A DNA stretch of 64,000 nt, taken from NCBI GenBank assembly GCA_034780895.1, contig JAUZTB010000107.1:94734025-94798024 (forward strand), written 5' to 3'. Positions 23,791 to 35,400 of the stretch are shown here, piece by piece. Each line of letters opens with the position of its first letter. Position 1 is the first letter of the stretch. The notes beneath the pieces are model-generated. The model did no database searches and was not told the DNA's origin. It saw only the letters and a list, made by a program, of their open reading frames with translations. Position numbers and translations under genes: made by a program. Origin of the DNA: Rhynchobatus australiae (lineage: Eukaryota).

Positions 23791-25870
23791 ATGGGGCCTT
23801 GTCATTCTTTAATCCTCCTCAAACCAATCTGATCTAGTTGAACCTTCTCTTACTGGCACTTGGTAAGGGACAGGCACCAGGGGACTAATCTACAATCCAG
23901 CTAAAGTGTAACTGAATTTTGTAGAGCACCAATGTAATAATACAGAAATGATACAGATCCTTACCAAGCAGTTGAAATGGAGGCACTGTTAGTTGTTTGT
24001 TCTTTGACTGTGCACCTTCTATCCCTAATCCATTGCTGTTAGTGGCATTGAACTGATTATGCTAACGACCATTGACAATTCTCAAGGCAACTGTCGGCTA
24101 TTTGCAGTGGGTATGTCAGTGTGTTCTGGACACCCGTGCACGCACATTACAGCACGGAGGTTCAGAACTCAGTGGAGATACTGGCCCATCTGAGCTCCCA
24201 CTGTGCTACTGAACTTTGTACCTGTCCCAACAGCTTTACACCAGCCGTAGCTGGCATGCAAGCAATGACCCTGGATATCTGAATGGGGTTGCTGGCTTTA
24301 ACTAGAAAGATGTGCAATTAGATATTTTTCATTTATTTAACTTTTTTGAAATTAATTTACCTAATTGGCTTATGTTTTTAAAATAACTCTAACCTTTTAA
24401 AATTGTTTAACTAAATCGGAACAGTTTATACAAGTTTTTGGTTATCAGGGACATTTAGAGACAGTAGAAAAGCCCTTTGATGACATGAACTGTTGGTGCT
24501 GCCTGAGGCTCAGTCACCACTTGTGAACTACTCCATGTTGCAAACTGGGTGTCCAGCCAGGAGCTAGATGCTGCAAAGGATAAGTACCTCTGTGGGCATC
24601 TTGTGGGAGTTGAATGTGAGGCATGACCTGAGTCGAGCACGATCTGGCTCATTAATGGTACTTCTCCAGCTAATGATGTATCAGGTAATAAATTCCACAG
24701 TGGCTGAAATGGCATTTTTCTTCACTGAAATGAGCTGTCAGCTGATGGACTAGCTGCCTGTGATATGGAGAGAGGATAGTCTAGAAATTAGATTTCAACT
24801 TTTTCTGATCCACTAAACGTGCTGCATCTGGTGCTAGTCCCCACACAGACCCTTTGTTTCTAAACAGCGCCTTGGCAGTTTGCACACACAGAATTGTGCA
24901 CCAAAGCAGGACCTGTGTGGCCCCAATTGGGATCTGTGTGCAAAGCTTGTGACTGCCATATCATTGCTGCACTGATCACTTGGAAGGACCTCAGACCTTT
25001 CAGGAACATTGCTCATGGCAGCCCGAGAACAGTGTACGAAAGGTCGCCATGGAGGGGAGGGAAAACACAGGGGAGGGGGCACATAGATAATCTGTGTGTT
25101 TAGGCTTCCCCCACATGATCTGCTCGATCAGTTCCCATGCCATGACCAGATCCACAGCATTGAAAAGTCTGAAATTTGCTCCACTATCAGTTGCTATGAC
25201 TTTTTTACAATTTTTACAAATGCCTTGGCCCTCAACTTTGGAGTTCACTCTTCTAACATGACCAGCTGTATCAAAGTAGCACTACTGTGCAAGTCAGTGC
25301 TCTGCAGCATGAAAATATATGATGTACTGGAGGTCACGTGTAGACACATCTGACCTTTCATGCCTACTTAAGCACATAGAGTCCAGGGTGGTTCCTTAAA
25401 GTACAAAACTGTATGTCTCGATGCATCATTATGTCTGTCCCCTCAGCTTTATGCCAGAAATAGCTTGATCATTTTATTGAGTCTCATTCATTTTTCTACT
25501 TTATTTAAATTAATGTTTTTAAAGGTTCTTCATAAAATTGATTGCATTTTTGAATTAATTTATCACTCATATTTTTTCAGGTAATTTTTAATGTTTAAGA
25601 AAGTTAAATGTATTTCGTCATTATATTTAGAAACAATAAACAAGGCTTTCTGATGGCATGCTTTAGAATGAATTGCTAAAAGGATGTTGGAAGCTGATTC
25701 ATTTCTAACTTTCAGAAGGGAATTTTGTTTCTGATCACTTCTGAAGTTATGATGCTGCAGTTGTCGCTGNNNNNNNNNNNNNNNNNNNNNNNNNNNNNNN
25801 NNNNNNNNNNNNNNNNNNNNNNNNNNNNNNNNNNNNNNNNNNNNNNNNNNNNNNNNNNNNNNNNNNNNNT

Positions 25871-26080
25871 CACAATCTACCTTGTTATGACCTTGCACCT
25901 TATTGTCTAGCTGCACTACACTTTCCTGTAGCTGTGACACTTTACTCTGTATTCTGTTATTGTTTTTACCCTGTACTATCTCAATGCACTGTGCAATGAA
26001 TTGATCTGTGCGAACGGTATGCAAGACAAGTTTTTCCACTGTATCTTGGTACAAGTTACAATAATAAACCAATACCAATA
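25871..26080 (+). mobile_element. Probable Rex1-like LINE 3' UTR/tail
   Basis: Ends ttttccactgtatcttggtacaagttacaataataaaccaataccaata. Homologous to 4520-4671. Confidence 0.6.
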
Positions 26081-26081
26081 G

Positions 26082-26500
26082 TCACAGACCTCCAATCAGA
26101 AAGCTACCTCTTCTATGACCAATCCAATTTTGAATCCAACTTACCAACTCACCATGGATCCCATGTGACTTAATCTTCTTGATCAGCCTACCATGTTGAA
26201 TGCTTTACTAAAGCTTATGGAAACATCCTTTGCCATAGCCTCATCAACCATTTTCGTCACCTCCTCAAAAAAAATTCAATTAAATTTGTGAGACAGGAAC
26301 TCTCCTACATAAAGCCACATTGACTATCCCTAATACGACCATACTTTTCCAAATATAAGTAAATCCTGTCACTAAGAATCTTCTCCAATAAATTTCTCTT
26401 CACTGATGTAAGCTTCACTGGCCTAGAATTTCCTGGTTTGTCCCTGTTGAGCTTCTTAAACAAAGGGACATCACTGGCTGTCCTCCAGTCTTCTGGGACA
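26082..26500 (-). mobile_element. CR1 RT fragment (decayed)
   Basis: tgctttactaaag (FSKAF on minus), gtcacctcctcaaaa (FEEVT) and cttcactggcct (RPVKL). Confidence 0.75.
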
Positions 26501-26719
26501 ATACTGAAAAGGCAACATATTAGATAATATCNNNNNNNNNNNNNNNNNNNNNNNNNNNCTGTGGACGAAAGAAAATCTAAAAATAGATTGATGTTTTGGA
26601 CTGCACCCTTTCTGAAACATCAACCTGATTTTTCTGTCTAGATATGCTGTTTTCCAGCATTTCCTTTTTTAAAAAAAATTAAATTTACATGCAAATTAAA
26701 TACAATTTTCATTTATCAC

Positions 26720-28355
26720 TTAAGATATCAAGACATGGAGCATGCTGGCATGCTAGGGAATATTCAGACAAAGAAAAGGGTACTGTTGGGTCCCTTGAAG
26801 AATGTTAAGGTGGATAAGTCCCCAGGGCCTGACCAGATATATCCCAGGTTATTGAGAGAGACAAGCATTGAGATTGCTGTGGCCTTGACCAAGATCATCG
26901 TGTCCACTCTGGCCACAGGCAAAGTCTTGGAGGTCTGGCGAGTAGCTAATGTTGTTTTGTTATTCAAGAAGGGAAATAGGGATAATCCTGGAAACTATAG
27001 ATCAGTGAGTCTCATGTCAGAGATAGAGAAATTTAGGATAGGATTAATGAGCCTTTGAAAAACCATAGCCTAATTAGGGACAATCAGCAATGGATTTGTG
27101 CGGAGCATGTCTTACTAATTACTAAGTTTTTCAAGGAGGTTACAAAGGTGATTGATGAAAGCAGAGCTGTGGATGTTGTCTATATGGATTTTACTAAGGC
27201 ATTTGACAAGGCCCCTCATGGTTGGCTCATCCAGAAGATTAAGATGTATGGGATCCACAGTGATTTGGCTGTTTGGGTTCAGAATTGGCTTGCTCATAGA
27301 AGACAGCAGTGGTCAATAGGACTTTTCTGGCTAGAGGTCCGTGAGTAGTGGCATTCTGCAGGGATTCATACTGGGACCTCTGCTGTTTGTGATTATAATG
27401 ACTTGGATGAAAACATGGATGGGTGGTTCGTAAGTTTGCAAATGATACAAAGATTGGTGCCATTATGGGTAGTGTAGAAGATTGCCAAAGGATACAGCGA
27501 GATATAGATCAGTTGCAGATATGGGCAGAGAAATGGCAAATGGAGTATAATCTGGCCAAGTATACTGTCACTTTACAGTTGCACTTTGGGAGATCGAATG
27601 TAAAGGGATAATNNNNNNNNNNNNNNNNNNNNNNNNNNNNNNNNNNNNNNNNNNNNNNNNNNNNNNNNNNNNNNNNNNNNNNNNNNNNNNNNNNNNNNNN
27701 NNNNNNNNNNNNNNNNNNNNNNNNNNNNNNNNNNNNNNNNNNNNNNNNNNNNNNNNNNNNNNNNNNNNNNNNNNNNNNNNNNNNNNNNNNNNNNNNNNNN
27801 NNNNNNNNNNNNNNNNNNNNNNNNNNNNNNNNNNNNNNNNNNNNGAAGGATGTGGAGGCTTTGGAGAGGGTGCAGAAGAGATTTACCAGGATGCTGCCTG
27901 GATTAGAGGGCATGTGCTATAGAGAGAGGTTGAACAATCTTAGGTTGTTTTCTCTGGAGCGTCAGAGACTGAGAACTGATAGTTTATAAGGCTTATGAGA
28001 GGCATAGATAGGGTAGACAGACAGTATCTTTACCCCAGGGCCAAAATGTCTAATATTAGAGGGCATGCATTTTAAGACGAGAGGGGGCAATTACCATGGA
28101 GATATGTGGAGCAAGTTTTTTTTACACAGAGAGCGGTGGGTGCCTGGAATACAATGCTAGGGGTGGTACAGGAGACAAATACGAGAGAAGTGTTTAAAAG
28201 GCTTTTAGTACATATATACGCAGAGAAAGGAGGGAAACGGAGATTGTGTAGGCAGAACTGATCAATTCAACTAGGCATGTAGTTACTAGTTTAATTTGTT
28301 CGGCACAACATCTTGGGCCGAAGGGCCTGTTCCTGTGCTGTACTGTTCTATGTTA
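26720..28355 (+). mobile_element. CR1 LINE, RT through 3' tail
   Basis: KVDKSPGPDQIYPRLLRE, GNYRSVSL, YMDFTKAFDK, FANDTK and WQMEYN, then tail gggccgaagggcctgttcctgtgctgtactgttctatgtt. Confidence 0.92.
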
Positions 28356-28635
28356 AACTTCGCTAGTGTCCTCATCAGTGGTAACATACTGTAACTTGGA
28401 GGTGTAATTAAAGCTGCAAAACATATCTTATATAGCAATTGTTAACACAAGACGTTAAAACACATGCAAAAATAATCCCCAGAAACAAATTACAGCTATT
28501 TAATACCGGGAACAGGACTTTCAGGTAGAGAAGTTGTAAAATTCACATCCCGCAAACTCGCTTTATTGCACCGGGCCCATGCGACAAGTTAAAGTCAACT
28601 GAGTATTTCAATGCGGCCTCGGCTAACGTACTCAC

Positions 28636-28731
28636 CGTTGAATTGGTAACCAACAGCTGATGATAATCCTTGCTCGGCGGAGGAGCCTGGGCGCTGATTT
28701 CAAACACCGTGCCTTGCAGCAGCGAGGCCAT
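28636..28731 (-). CDS. FBXO36: F-box only protein 36, coding exon 1 (32 codons, phase 0)
   Basis: Translates MASLLQGTVFEISAQAPPPSKDYHQLLVTNST, matching the recalled human N-terminus MASWLPETLFETVGQGPPPSKDYYQLLVTRSQ. Followed by the donor ACG|GTGAGT. Head-to-head with TRIP12 as in other vertebrates. Confidence 0.93.
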
Positions 28732-29340
28732 TTTGGACGCTTCTTATTGCCAGAGCAACGGCGTCGAATGTAAACAAGAGCAGCTGAGACTAGTTTTACT
28801 TTACTCCAAGTTCACGCAATGCAAATTCGTCAGAGCCTCACCGACAGCCCTCGGTTGTGCTTTTACTTTTGAAAGAAACGTTCAGCAGAACTGATTTTTT
28901 AAAAAATATTTCCCTCCCCCTCCCCACAGAAACTGACGTGTGATCGCGAACGTCAACCGGTCAGTTGTGACGGACAGTGCCCAGGACGGGGAGGGTCATG
29001 ACCCCGCGCAGTGATACCCCTGAAGGTGGAGGAGCAAGAAGTGTTGAATAATTGTAAATATAGCGGATTACAGGGGTATTTTGTCGTGAAGGAGGAAAGA
29101 GATAACGTTATTTAGCACTAGGGAAAAATGGAAAAGGAAGCCTAGGGAATAANNNNNNNNNNNNNNNNNNNNNNNNNNNNNNNNNNNNNNNNNNNNNNNN
29201 NNNNNNNNNNNNNNNNNNNNNNNNNNNNNNNNNNNNNNNNNNNNNNNNNNNNNNNNNNNNNNNNNNNNNNNNNNNNNNNNNNNNNNNNNNNNNNNNNNNN
29301 NNNNNNNNNNNNNGATACAGGCGCCGTGCAGGGTGAGCGG
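28732..29340. promoter_or_regulatory. Bidirectional CpG-rich promoter of FBXO36 and TRIP12 (includes FBXO36 5' UTR; part is in an N gap)
   Basis: CpG is retained locally in an otherwise CpG-poor window. CRE-like TGACGT (28934) and ACGTCA (28950) flank TCGCGA (28944). Lies between the FBXO36 ATG and the putative TRIP12 exon 1. Confidence 0.75.
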
Positions 29341-29439
29341 GCCGGCCGGCTGGCCCAGTGGAGTCGCCGCGGTGGCCGAGAGTTTTAAGTAGAGACACTG
29401 AGTGAGCTGGTGGCAGGCTGTAGAATTGGAACAGACTAG
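29314..29439 (+). other. TRIP12: Probable TRIP12 non-coding exon 1 (5' UTR; 5' end hidden in gap 29153-29313)
   Basis: GC/CpG-rich segment ending in the donor-like CTAG|GTAATG at 29439/29440. Position fits a non-coding first exon upstream of the ATG exon. Confidence 0.6.
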
Positions 29440-32400
29440 GTAATGACATCTATCTCCAACAGCAGCAAAGAGAAAAGGGGGGGAAGGAAAAAAAAGAGGA
29501 CATTGTGAATCTCTTATCTGTAACGCAAAACATTTTTTTTGGGTGAGGATTTTTGTTCTTCCCTCCCCTCCTGGCACCAAGAATGAATTCCTCAGCCTTT
29601 CTATCTCTTTCCAGGGTGTGCAAGATCTCCCTACCCTTACCACCGCTTCTAAACGTTGCTTTAAATATTTGAGTACCAGACGGTGGCAGGACTAAGTATA
29701 TCATTTTTAAAAATATATATATATATATACTATATGAGAGTGTTGATTTGTTTCTCTTTCTGAAAATGAGTGAGCACATTTTGGCTTCTGGTTCTTTTTT
29801 TCCCTGTTTGTGCGAGGATAATTGGAGGAGGCCTCTGGCTGAGCCTTGCCCAAGGGCCAAGGAACAGAGTAGCTACCTTTTACTTGTTATTTCTTGAAGG
29901 TTTTTTTTATTGCGGAAGTGGTGTTTTTTTTTAAAAAAAAACGACTTTGGGTCTTGTTTTGGGGAGGAGGGAAAGGAAGGAGGGGGTCTGCAGAGGAAGT
30001 TTATTTTAATTATTTCCTCTTTCTCCTGCCCCCCCCCCTTCCTTCCCTTCCCAGCAGCACTTGGTGTTTGACGTTCACACATCCGGCGACAGCTGTAACT
30101 CCGACAGCGGGGATTGATGCTGAAACACAGGCCTGGACGCTGACACCCCACTGCCTCCCCCTTTTCTATAGTCTCTTTTTTTAAAAAAAATGCCTTTATG
30201 ACAAAGGAATAGAGGCAGCTAATCTTGAACCTGACAGTAACTCTAGCTGCTTCAACTCACTCCCTGCTGCTTGTTGGGCTTAAACCCCACTACGAGGTAG
30301 GCCGCTTATAACCATTATGAACGCTCTGAAATAAAAGACCTGTTGTCTAGGCCTGATTAGTAATATTTTCCATGGACCAGACTGGAGTTACAACAATAAC
30401 CCCATTCTGCGCGCAGTAATTTTGTCTTCATGGGTTAAAGATGTACTTTGAAAAGCAGCTTGTACATTTAGAGCAAAGAATAGTGGTGGTGCTTTGCTGC
30501 GATGTTTATCGTTGAAAAAAATAAGTTAACCATTATGTTACTACTATGGCGGTACAGTAGCTGTATTGTGTAGGCCGCAAAAGTAAACAGGAATGGCCAA
30601 CGCATTACGTATCTCCGTAAACCCATTGTCTGTCTTAATTTCAACAAAGACTGTAATAATGTTTAGATTATTTACCGAAACTTTTATGGAGTGCCTAAAG
30701 TTCCGTACCGTTTCATCAACGTTTGTTCAAACCTACAACGCCTTCATTTCTCTGCATTTTGTTGAACAAGCGAGTTTAATTCGGTCCAGGGAAGGCTGCG
30801 TGNNNNNNNNNNAGAGAGGCTTCGCCATCCAATCTGCACCAAATGTTCAACCTCTCGCACTTTATCCACAACTTAATTAAGTTATTCCAAGAGAACTTAA
30901 GTTTTTGGTATGGAGATGTAGTTTTCTTCCTACGGCTGGATTATTGACAGTAAATTGGGGGAAAATAAAGCTAATGTTTAATATTCAGATTTTAAGGTTT
31001 TTTAGTGTCTTCAAATTAAATAAAGTAATTTTACAATAAAATCTTCATCCATCGTAGAAAGTAAATTGCTTTTCCACTCATTTTTGTAGAGTTTTGGTAC
31101 CTTACGATCTTCATTCCAGAGGAATGTTGGCAAAGTATTTTCATTAAGCATATCATGACTAAGTTTGATCTGACTTTGTTTGCAGTTCCATGTTTAAATC
31201 CTCCTGTTTATTGGAGGTGGGGTAGTGGTTGAGTATTGGAAGGTAGGTTTTGGATTTGAGTCAAAGGCCTTGGTACATAATTGGGAAAATGATCATATTT
31301 CCATGTTGTGTTGATAGCAGTGAAAATTATATTATTGGCAAGTGACTGATGGGCAACTTTTCTGTTAAAGGTGAAGTCTCATCTTTTGAAGGAATGAGTA
31401 AAGCATGTTATTTTATTGAACATCATAATCTGAAGTAATTAATTCCTGATGTAGGTATTGAGCTTTTTTTGCTCATAAGGATTTCATTGATTCCAAGGTT
31501 GGATGTGTGGTTTGCTTTGTGCCTCAATTATAGGTGGATTTACCCATGTAGATCTTTCCATTAGGTGTGAAAGTGCTGTTCACAATCTCATGGATAAGCA
31601 AGAGATTTAAGGTGGTTTATTCTGGATTTCTGGTCTTTTATAGTACAAGAATATCTTGTATGAAATTAAAATTGAATGGATATCTTGATGCCAAATGAAA
31701 TGGTGACCACAAAGATTAACAAACGAATCCTTACTCTGATTATAGTTATTTGCAAATAAATTCTATTACAGGTATTTTCTTTAACTGTGATAAGGAGGGA
31801 CATAGTTCCTTGTATAGTTTAATTCATGTTCTTGGAGATATTTTGACTCTTTACCTAAAATGAGAGTAAAATCATTATCTTTAGAGAAGTTAAAAGATGT
31901 TGTTCATTGTTTAGCAGTGAGTACATGTACAGTTTTTTTTCCCCATTCTCTTCTTACTTCTGCAACAAAAGACTAAATCTAAATCATTTCAGAAAGATTA
32001 AAATGGCTGCAACTTTTTTCTATGCTTACAGGTCAGTTTCACGTGATGTTCCTGCTCAGGGTGCATTGAGGGTTATATAATCTGGCACTGATGTCCTTGC
32101 ACAATTTGTAAGTAAACAGGCTAAGATTTGTATTGACAGCCTGAAAGTAGATACATAACATTTTAATGCTGAATTCTTGGAATTTTATCAGTTAAAAAAA
32201 GTTGTTTAATGAAGAGTTCAATTTGTCTGCAGTCTTGACAATCAGTGGTAATGAGTGAAACATTTGTTTAACCCAATGCTGTGTTGCTGGAGCATAAATA
32301 TAAGATTAAACATGATTATTGCAATTGCCATCTTGTTTACCAATATTGTTAATATGGTTTCTTAGAACTCTGGATCACCTTCTGCCTCCATATATATAAT

Positions 32401-34249
32401 GTTAATTGGCCTGAACTTGGGGAATATTGTGTTGAATCTAATTAAAAAAAAATAGTTAAGCCTCTAATTTTAAAAATACTGGCATTATCCTTAATTAAAA
32501 TTCATAATCAGGAATAACATCTGACAGATTGCCCTATTCTAAAGGGCTGTTGAAGGTCTGTCTGGCCTGGAATATGAGGATGTATGGAAGCCAAAATCAA
32601 AGGAAGACTCGAGTTTGGCATTTGCCTATTAATCTTGTGTTTCTAAAATGTATCATAATTAAGTTAATTGTTTTGAAGCATTTCTGTCATTGCTGAGCAA
32701 AGCAAAACTAACAGTGCAGATAATAGCTGAGACAAATGATTATAGATAGAAACTAAAATTGTGGTCATGGCAATGGACTCATTCAGATCTTCGGAGGCTT
32801 GCTAAGTGAAATATATTTTGAATCTGCACAGAATCAGTTCTTTTATTTCTATATGCAGAATTGACTTGAGTTCAGTTACATAAAATGTGGCCATTAGCTA
32901 ATTTGAATGAGACAAACCTGAATTTGTGCAAAACATAGTACGTTTGCTATTGTAGTCCCTTTTGTCTCTGCATTCCAAGACACACCATTGTCAATTATTT
33001 TGTTCTGAAGCACAATCATTCCAGTTTTTAGGGCAATGTGATAGTTTGAGTCGGAAGATTCCACATAAATTACAAGGAAATGGCTGCCTATATTTTCTTA
33101 TGGATGAGTCTGGCTAGGGACCCAGGAAAATCCCCTGATCAATTTAGAGAGAACGCTGAAGAATCCTGTCTAAATGTAAAGAAGCAAGGTTATGCAGCAA
33201 TTCATTGGGTATTGACAGGTGTAAAATGACAGTGAAACTTAGTTGTGGCTTGAATTTGCAACTTTTTAAACTGACATATGCCATCAGTGAGGGAGGGCCA
33301 TCAAATAGAGAAGTCATTAATTGGGAATAGCAGAGCCCAGTGCTTAAGTTATTCTTGATGGTAAATTTATAGAGAACTGCAAAAACTAATAGTTTTAGTA
33401 CATTTCTCTCTCTTCCAGTTTGGTGATAATTACTAAATATCTTGCAAACTGCTTTTGATTTTTGTCTCCTAAGTGTTATATATATATCTGGTCCCCATGA
33501 TCACAAAAGTACAGGAGCAACAGCAGTCACAAAAGCTATTCAATCCATTCTTTGTTATCCTGAAACTGAAAAATGTAATGGATACAGCATAGTCTGAGTC
33601 CTGATGACATCCTGGACAAAATGCTGAAGGTTTGTCTTCGGTAGCTAGCTGTACTTCCAGCCAAGCTAATCCATGGTTGCTATAGTCTAGGCATTGGCCA
33701 GGGAACGTAGAAAATTGCCACATGTTCCTAACCATGAAAAGCAGTTTAGATCTAATTCTGCTAATTAATGCTTTGAGTGTACTTTCAATCATCAGCAAGG
33801 TGGTAGTAGCTGTTGTTGGCTCAGTTTAGGTCATGTCCACTCCAGACATAATTACAGTTTGGGTGAAAGAAAGTAGTGAGAAGAGATAAATGTTGATATT
33901 AGGGCAGCACTTAAATGAGTAGCATTGTAGAAAGTTTGTAAAATTGAAGCCATTACAGTTCAAGGGGCAAACTCAACATTGGCTGGACTTGTACCAAGCA
34001 TAAAGGTTGTTCTTGAAGGCTAGTCATTTCAACTTAATTGAAATGCCTCATTTGAAAACCTGAATAAGAGCCAATGGTTGTAAAACTGTACTGAAGAATG
34101 GCATGTTACATAAACAGTACTTATCAAGGAAATGTTTCATGTGGACATGGTATCAAGTAATGAAATTAGAAATAGATTATAAAACACAATGAAATATTTG
34201 ATAATGAAAATAAAGGATTTTACCTTGATTATGCATAATTGCATAAGAA

Positions 34250-35400
34250 TTTGGAGAATAAAAGAAATTAAAGCATAATAAGTTGGGCTATATTGGGAAA
34301 ACTAAAGTAACATCTGTAGGAAATGAGAAAGAACCAGTTGAGGAAACTTGATCTGTCAGCTTAATATATGTACCAGAATAAGAATGGAATTTATTAATAA
34401 AGAAGGGGTTTAAAGTATAATCTGGACAGCATAGATTTCAAAGTGGAAAGCCTTGGTTAATCAACCTCATTGCATGCTTTGCAGAAGTAAAGTATACGGC
34501 TAATACAGTAAATGCAATTTCTATATTTTTCAAACTTTTTCCATAAAGTAATCCACTTGCTCTTTTATTAATTCAGTGTAAGAACGGATAACTAGCTGAC
34601 TTTAAGGCAAGGAGTGCAAAAGGGAGCTATTCAGAGTAGTAGTAGAAAAGGGGATTGAATGATGAGTAGTTTCAGGCCCATGCTTTGCTGTTTGTATTAG
34701 TGCTAGCAACTCTGAACTGAAGAATNNNNNNNNNNNNNNNNNNNNNNNNNNNNNNNNNNNNNNNNAGATTAAAAAAGATTGCAACAGATGGCAAGGATGC
34801 ATCAAATAAATTTCAATGGTCAGATCATTGAAAGCTTTCAAACATGTATGAGGTCTTGTTTTGGTAAGAAATATGATGTCACTTTTTTTCTGAAAGCAAG
34901 CACCTAAATGTGGTAGAGAATCAAAGGGATTGGAATCTCAGTGCATTGATCATAAAATAGTGAAGCTCTGCTCTGCAGCCAATTTTAAAAGAAAACCAAG
35001 CATTGGGATTTATTGGTAGAGAGATGCAATTGATAGCTAGCTTGTACCATACCTGGATAGACACATTTGGAGCAATGGACTTAGTTCCAGCCTAAATTAT
35101 AGAAGCAATATGAAAGTACTGGAGAGGGTACACTCAAGAAGTGCAAGGATGATATGTCAGAAAAATATAATTGAGTTTGTTTTTTCCACTTGAATAGAGT
35201 TGTCTGAAGGATAACTTAAAAGGTATTTCAAGTTAAAGTAAATCGCTTTGTCTTAGAGGGAAGGTACATCAAAAATCAAGCTACTAAAATTATAAGAATT
35301 TAGAAAAAATCTTATGGGAATGAGAATATGGAACTTGGTATTACAGGAGATGGTTAAGATAAATGGTCCAATGTATTACAGAGGGAAGGCTGGTTAAATG
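34250..35400 (+). mobile_element. Highly decayed CR1 LINE
   Basis: Residual motifs cagcatagatttcaaagtggaaagcct, cagatggcaaggatgcatcaaataaatttcaat and gtactggagagggtaca. Confidence 0.5.

Noticed and set aside
32043-32092. Possible C/D box snoRNA (GTGATGT...CTGA)
   Set aside because: The C box is imperfect, the span is too short and there is no terminal stem; a candidate exon explains it better.
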